Source of the DNA: an uncultured archaeon
GTDB lineage: Archaea; Asgardarchaeota; Thorarchaeia; Thorarchaeales; Thorarchaeaceae
Reading direction: 5' to 3'
DNA length: 63,001 nt
Assembly (NCBI GenBank): GCA_964590575.1
Contig: CAZPWM010000005.1
Coordinates: 1 to 63,001 of the forward strand
Numbering within the stretch: the first letter of the stretch is position 1; each line of letters begins with the position of its first letter. A model generated the notes under the pieces. That model searched no databases, was not told the DNA's origin, and saw only the letters and a list, made by a program, of their open reading frames with translations. Both the position numbers and the translations under genes were made by a program. Shown here in pieces: positions 57,910-63,001 of this stretch.

Positions 57910-59700
57910 TCACATATCTTTGAAGACAGCATCTAGTTCCTCATCAGGAACATCGAAGACCACATTGTGGGGAGGTAAGGACTCTGTTCTGAAGAACTCT
58001 GGTAATCTATCATCCTGTTCTGTGAAACCAGCCTTCTTGTTGAACTCCCGTTCTTTTCTCAGTATGTCTTTACCATAGCTTGTGACATCAATGCTCTGTC
58101 CTAAGAATGAGTCAACTGTATCCTTCATTGCATTGAATCCATCATCATCATCGAGAATACAGAATGCAATGAATAAACAGTAACCCATGGAATCTATGTA
58201 AGCTGTCGTTGCCTGGAAAGCTTGAGACAATTCCGCCTTCTTCAGAGCACGAGGATCTGTAACCGTGCCTTTAATACCTAGAATCTCAGCCGCTATTGTG
58301 TATCCTGCCGTATGATCTGCACCCATAGGTGTTGTCGCATATGTTACGCCAATTCCTTTGATAGGGCGTGGGTCGTATGCTGGAAGTGCTTGACCCTTGA
58401 CTACCGGAATTCTGGTAACACCTAGCGTTTCGCCAGCAGTTTGCGTTCCTGAGCTGACAAGCCTTCCATCAACTGATTTCTCATCGTAGGCTTTCTTTAA
58501 TAACTCAATGGCTTTTGGACCATCACCATAAGGAATAATCCCAGCTTCCATGAACATCGCAATTGTATTTCCTGCTTCTATTGTATCAAGCCCAATATCA
58601 TTGCACAAACGGTTCAACTCTGCAACATCATGAAGCACGCCAATGTCGAGATTAGCACCAAATGCCCAAGCTGTCTCATACTCAAGTGGAGAAACATGAA
58701 GTTTCCCTGTTTTCTCATATGGTACAATATTAGAGCATGACATTACACAACCGGGGTGACAAGCGTGTGCATACCGACCTTCTGCTTTATCGCCAAATTT
58801 TTCCTTTGTCCTATCAACGAGGTCATGTACCGCTTCACCAGATATCTTTGCAGCCTTGTCGAACCTACCTGAACTAAACCCTTTGGTTGGTAATCCTCCT
58901 GCCTCACTGAGGATATTCTGAAGAATGTTTGTTCCGTAGTTCTTGAGACCACCATAAGGCTCGCCTTTGTCGTCATTCAACCTGCCTGTCACAGCATGAG
59001 CATTTAACGACTTGACGAAGACCTTTCTTGCTGCATCGAACTTTTCTTGGTCTTTTGCTTCAGGTCTAGTTCCTCCAGTCCCATCGCTGATTATAGCTAC
59101 AATTCTTTTGGAACCAAACACAGCACCTAGTCCCCCTCGACCTGCATATCTGCCTGGATCTGAGTTCTCAATATTATTGCCAAAAACTCCGGCACATTTG
59201 AGCAACCTCTGTCCAGCGATACCAGCACCAATGATTCCGGGTTTTGTTGGATACTTCTTCCAGACCTTACCGATTAATTCGTAAAGACCGATCCCTGCAT
59301 ATTCGTTTGTTTTGATTATCTCACACTTGTCTTTACCAATAAGAATGCTATACCAGTCCTTGGTATCTGGCGGAGCTCCTTCAATAACTATACCCCTCAC
59401 ACCAATGCTTCCCAGTCTGGTTCCAGTCAATCCTCCAGCATTTGCTTCTTTGATTCCTCCAGTCAGTGGTGACTTTGCACCCACACTCATTCTACCTGAG
59501 GATGGTGCTAAAGTCCCTGCAAGTAGTCCTGGCGAAATAACAATCTTGTTGTTCTCCCTGAGTGGGTGACAGGTTGGATCCACTTCCTCTGAAAGAATCG
59601 CAGTGGTGTATGCACGACCAGCAAGCGTCTTATGATCGGGTTTTACGTTCTCCCACCTGTGTGAGAGATCTTCCATGTTTATACGAAGTACCTTGCTCAT
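57910..59700 (-). CDS. aor: Tungsten-dependent aldehyde:ferredoxin oxidoreductase
   Basis: KSPLTGGIKEANAGG, AGRGGLGAVFGSK, CHPGCVMSC, EYET, GLDTIE, VKGQALPAYDPR, GADH, DDRLP. ATG 59700 follows GGAGG (track 59769). Confidence 0.93.
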   Translation of the reverse strand: MSKVLRINMEDLSHRWENVKPDHKTLAGRAYTTAILSEEVDPTCHPLRENNKIVISPGLLAGTLAPSSGRMSVGAKSPLTGGIKEANAGGLTGTRLGSIGVRGIVIEGAPPDTKDWYSILIGKDKCEIIKTNEYAGIGLYELIGKVWKKYPTKPGIIGAGIAGQRLLKCAGVFGNNIENSDPGRYAGRGGLGAVFGSKRIVAIISDGTGGTRPEAKDQEKFDAARKVFVKSLNAHAVTGRLNDDKGEPYGGLKNYGTNILQNILSEAGGLPTKGFSSGRFDKAAKISGEAVHDLVDRTKEKFGDKAEGRYAHACHPGCVMSCSNIVPYEKTGKLHVSPLEYETAWAFGANLDIGVLHDVAELNRLCNDIGLDTIEAGNTIAMFMEAGIIPYGDGPKAIELLKKAYDEKSVDGRLVSSGTQTAGETLGVTRIPVVKGQALPAYDPRPIKGIGVTYATTPMGADHTAGYTIAAEILGIKGTVTDPRALKKAELSQAFQATTAYIDSMGYCLFIAFCILDDDDGFNAMKDTVDSFLGQSIDVTSYGKDILRKEREFNKKAGFTEQDDRLPEFFRTESLPPHNVVFDVPDEELDAVFKDM

Positions 59701-59866
59701 TGAAAATCCTCCTTCTCTATTGAACATATACGCAAACTCCCTTATAATCGATATGTCATCTTGATTCATATCGTTATGTTCGATTGTTCATAACGAGAAG
59801 GTTTCGAAACAACCTCTTCAAAATTCATATTGGGCCCAAGTTTATTTTAATTAGGTTAAATCCAAC

Positions 59867-60310
59867 GTGGAATGGAGATTCGAAAGATTGAGTTGGAACT
59901 GGTATGAGAAATACTTTCATGATACTGGTATTGGTTACTCGTGCCTGATCACAACACTAATCGCAATAGGTTTGCAACTTCTCGGCCACTGGGAATTAAT
60001 GATACTTGCAGGGGCTTTTGGTTGCGTCTATGTAAAACGACACAGCCATGCATTCATTGCTGGTTTTCTAGGAGTTGGTGTGGCTTGGTCGATTCTATTT
60101 TTGATCTTAGTTCAATTCTATCAAGCCTATGTTATTGCTGAGTTTTTTGCTACGCTTATTAGTGCGTCTGGTTTAGGTCGATTTATTGTTTCACTGTCAA
60201 TATTGATTGGAGGGTTGTTAGGAGGAAGTGGTGCTCTCGTGGGCTATTCGTTTCTTGACCTAGTTAAAGAGTATAGGTCATCGAAATCCTCCACGACGAA
60301 AAATATTTAA
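59867..60310 (+). CDS. Small Gly-rich membrane protein (paralog of 56120-56551)
   Basis: LQLLGHWELMILAGAFG..AFIAGFLGVGVAWS; start uncertain. Confidence 0.75.
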   Translation: MEWRFERLSWNWYEKYFHDTGIGYSCLITTLIAIGLQLLGHWELMILAGAFGCVYVKRHSHAFIAGFLGVGVAWSILFLILVQFYQAYVIAEFFATLISASGLGRFIVSLSILIGGLLGGSGALVGYSFLDLVKEYRSSKSSTTKNI

Positions 60311-60313
60311 CTA

Positions 60314-60330
60314 TGGTTAACATGTAACCA
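60314..60330. promoter_or_regulatory. Palindromic candidate operator upstream of fprA
   Basis: TGGTTA-acatg-TAACCA about 20 bp before a TTTTATC TATA-like box. Confidence 0.3.
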
Positions 60331-60409
60331 GAAGACGAGTAGAGGGAAGGTCTTTTATCTTCAGACCCTCGACGCCTGCTCGGATATCATGAAATGCTTG
60401 GTGAAATGA

Positions 60410-61594
60410 ATGCATAGAGAGATTACAAAGGGAATCTATTACATCGGTGTTGATGATCATCATACAGAGTTATTCGAGAACCTCTGGTCGATACCATTTG
60501 GTGTTTCATATAATAGCTACTTGATTGTAGATGATAAGATTGCTCTTATTGAGACCGTGAAAGGTCCATGGGCCGATGAATGGATCAATAACATTCGTGA
60601 GCTTATTGACCCTGCAAAAATCGATTATATCATTTTGAACCATATGGAACCCGATCATACGAGCTCTCTACCTGATATTGCAGCTCTAGCACCTAATGCA
60701 ACGCTTGTGTATACACCAAAGGCTGCACCAATGCAGAAATCATTCTATGATGTACCATTACAGGAAAAATTGGTTGAGGATTTAGAAGAATTAAACCTTG
60801 GTTCAAAGACTCTCAAATTTCTACATGCTCCATTTTTACACTGGCCTGAGACTATGATGACATATGTCGTAGAGGATGAGGTAGTCTTCTCTTGTGATGC
60901 GTTTGGTTCATTCGGTGCACTGAATGGAAAGCACTTTGATGATGAGATTGACCTACGTCTGATTGAGAAGGAAAGTCGACGGTATGTATCTGCGATTATA
61001 ACCTCCTACTTTAAATTTGTACAACGTGCGCTGGCAAAGGTCAAAGAACTTGGAATTGGAATCAAGGTCATCGCTCCAAGTCATGGACCAATCTATCGCA
61101 AGAATCCGATGTGGATAATTAGCAGGTACGATGAGTGGACTCGCCCTGAATTAGAGAAATACTGCACCATTGTTTTTGGGACAATGTATGGATACTCCTA
61201 CCGCATTGCTATGAAGCTCAAGAAAGAGCTCGTTGATCTAGGAGTAGAAGTGAAATTGCACAACGTGGCATACAGCGACATGAGCAAGATAATCACAGAC
61301 GCTGTACGTGCAAGTGTCCTTGTTGTCGGAACACCAACATATGATGCACATCCCTATCCTAAGGTTTGGGCTTTTGTCAATGAGGTAGAAGGGAAGCGAT
61401 TTCCGGTCAACACAATTGCACTGTTTGGAACCTATGGTTGGGGCGGTGGTGGAGTCAAGAAACTTCAGAGCATGTTCACAGATATGAAGAAGGAGATTCT
61501 TGAACCAGTCATTCGTGTCAAAGCCCGTGCAAGCGAAGAAGAGAACGAACTGATCAAAGAGCTTGCAAATGTCATTGCAAAGAGAATCAACTAA
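60410..61594 (+). CDS. fprA: Flavodiiron protein (FprA, O2/NO reductase)
   Basis: GVSYNSYL, NHMEPDH, LHWPET, CDAFG, PSHG; flavodoxin TMYG and FGTYGWGGG. Confidence 0.95.
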   Translation: MHREITKGIYYIGVDDHHTELFENLWSIPFGVSYNSYLIVDDKIALIETVKGPWADEWINNIRELIDPAKIDYIILNHMEPDHTSSLPDIAALAPNATLVYTPKAAPMQKSFYDVPLQEKLVEDLEELNLGSKTLKFLHAPFLHWPETMMTYVVEDEVVFSCDAFGSFGALNGKHFDDEIDLRLIEKESRRYVSAIITSYFKFVQRALAKVKELGIGIKVIAPSHGPIYRKNPMWIISRYDEWTRPELEKYCTIVFGTMYGYSYRIAMKLKKELVDLGVEVKLHNVAYSDMSKIITDAVRASVLVVGTPTYDAHPYPKVWAFVNEVEGKRFPVNTIALFGTYGWGGGGVKKLQSMFTDMKKEILEPVIRVKARASEEENELIKELANVIAKRIN

Positions 61595-61718
61595 GATACG
61601 ATTGCAAGTTAGTTTAGTCTAAGAACAGTCTTATTAACGAGTTGAAGTAACCCATCGTATTCTCGCGAAAGCGTAGAAACATGGTGGAGGATATACTCCA
61701 CTGAGAGAGATGAGGTTA

Positions 61719-62306
61719 ATGAATCTAAAGGGGACAAAAACCGAGAAAAATCTGCTAACCTCTTTTGCTGGTGAGTCTCAAGCTCGCAATCGATATACGA
61801 TGGCAGCTAAGACTGCCAAGAAGGAAGGCTATGCTCATATCGCTGCTATCTTCGAAGAAACTGCAGGTCATGAGTTGGAACATGCTAAGAGATTCTTCAA
61901 GTATCTGAAGGAAGGTGGAGCAACAGAAGCGCTCAAAGTTGAGTGGGACTTTCCAACCAGTGGGTCCTATGAGAGTACTGAGGATAATCTCAGACATGCT
62001 GCCGCTGGAGAGAAATTTGAATTCACCGAAATGTATCCGGGTTATGCAAAGGTTGCTGACGAGGAAGGTTTTCCTAAAATCGCTCACCAGTGGCGAATGA
62101 TTGCCCACGCAGAATCCTGGCATCATGAGCGCTACCTTGCCTTAGCTGACCAGATTAAAGATGGTTCAATCTTCAAGAAGAAAGAGAAGGTCAAGTGGCG
62201 CTGCGACAATTGTGGTTACATCCATGAAGGAGACCACCCACCTGACATGTGTCCAGCTTGTCAACACGAAAAGGGCTACTTCATGCTACACTTTTCAGAA
62301 TACTAG
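61719..62306 (+). CDS. rbr: Rubrerythrin
   Basis: FAGESQARNRY, ELEHA, GEKFE..MYP, EEGF, ESWH; rubredoxin-like CDNCG..CPAC. Track start 61710. Confidence 0.95.
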   Translation: MNLKGTKTEKNLLTSFAGESQARNRYTMAAKTAKKEGYAHIAAIFEETAGHELEHAKRFFKYLKEGGATEALKVEWDFPTSGSYESTEDNLRHAAAGEKFEFTEMYPGYAKVADEEGFPKIAHQWRMIAHAESWHHERYLALADQIKDGSIFKKKEKVKWRCDNCGYIHEGDHPPDMCPACQHEKGYFMLHFSEY

Positions 62307-62316
62307 AAACTAAAGA

Positions 62317-62368
62317 GATCCAGTGACTTTCGAGTCATTGGATCAACTATCTTCTTTTTCCTTTTTCC
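62317..62368 (+). terminator. 12-bp hairpin with UUCG loop plus T tract
   Basis: GATCCAGTGACT-ttcg-AGTCATTGGATC (one G-U pair), then CTTCTTTTTCCTTTTT a few bases later. Confidence 0.75.
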
Positions 62369-62440
62369 AGATGACAGGACAATCCTCTTTTGTGCGATAG
62401 ACTCAAAAATCAGATAGAGTCCAGTTGTCATGTGACTATA

Positions 62441-63001
62441 ATGAAGAGCCTGTACGGACGCGATCTGATTACAACACAAGACTGGAGTGTTGAAGAGCTC
62501 GAGAAGACCCTCGACCTCTCTTTTGAGATGAAGGCGAATCGATATGACCATCCCATGAACAACTGTCTTGATAGACGGACATTCTTCATGTTCTTCTATA
62601 ATCCAAGTGTCAGGACCCGGCAGTCGTTCGAGGCTGCAGCTACTGAGCTTGGAGGACATGCGCAGTTTCTGGAACCGAAGTCAATGAGGTTAAAATCTGG
62701 AAAATCCGCTGGAGAAACGGTTGAGGATGCGGCACAGGTGATGAGTAGGTATGCTGTGGGAATCGGAATTAGGATTCTTGAGACTGCCATTGAGTATTAC
62801 GGTCAGGGGGATGAGCTTTTGAGGCAGTACGCTGACAATGCTAGCATCCCAATTGTTTCAATGGCTCATGATAGATTTCATCCCTGTCAAGGTCTTGCTG
62901 ATGTTATGGGGTACAGACAACATGCAGGTAAGAAACTCAAGGGCAAGAAGATTGTACAGGTCTGGGGAAAAGGCGCATTAGTACGATCGTGGTGTAGTGT
63001 C
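62441..63001 (+). CDS. Second ornithine-carbamoyltransferase-family protein, 3'-partial
   Basis: Not in the ORF track. Translates MKSLYGRDLITTQDW..FFYNPSVRTRQSFE..LGGHAQFL..ETVEDAAQVMSRY..HPCQGLAD.. and is open to the window end. Confidence 0.9.
   Translation, partial: MKSLYGRDLITTQDWSVEELEKTLDLSFEMKANRYDHPMNNCLDRRTFFMFFYNPSVRTRQSFEAAATELGGHAQFLEPKSMRLKSGKSAGETVEDAAQVMSRYAVGIGIRILETAIEYYGQGDELLRQYADNASIPIVSMAHDRFHPCQGLADVMGYRQHAGKKLKGKKIVQVWGKGALVRSWCSV

Noticed and set aside
57824-57913. Hydrophobic N-terminus of the 137-aa MoaD-like ORF, suggesting a membrane anchor
   Set aside because: Spans the AOR terminator hairpin; the RBS supports a start at 57823
62303-62790. Minus-strand 118-aa and 64-aa ORFs
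   Set aside because: Antisense to the partial carbamoyltransferase starting at 62441
1-63001. CRISPR arrays, tRNA/rRNA, transposases, integrases or prophage; numerous 60-160 aa overlapping ORFs
   Set aside because: No regularly spaced repeats, cloverleaf/rRNA motifs or recombinase motifs seen by eye; the short ORFs are shadows of well-supported genes

Overview
Gene-dense archaeal chromosomal window with no rRNA, tRNA, CRISPR or transposase seen. A Rab-like GTPase, TrpB2, AcdA, SAMP/MoaD proteins, many anchored surface proteins and bacterial-type MutS/MutL point to an Asgard archaeon, possibly Thorarchaeia (inference). The main candidate novel system is a 20 kb bioenergetic cluster (10.8-30.8 kb). 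It encodes a complex I-like enzyme with no NuoEFG in the window, whose NuoB is fused to the C-terminus of a GlcD/D-lactate-dehydrogenase-like FAD protein. The complex has four antiporter-like subunits and a 26-residue duplication in the NuoL lateral helix. It sits beside a divergent HdrD/GlcF-like Fe-S protein and genes for a long-chain prenyl synthase, MenA and a prenyl reductase. A second candidate is an 1845-aa protein with Ca-binding FG-GAP/VCBS-like repeats, Ig-like repeats and seven C-terminal TM segments in GPCR-like topology. Also seen: TRP-box-like repeats before trpB2, repeated hairpin plus T-tract terminators, a macro/macro/NUDIX module, an AOR with two ubiquitin-like genes, two atypical carbamoyltransferases, and FprA/rubrerythrin. 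All calls are by eye from motifs; no searches were run.
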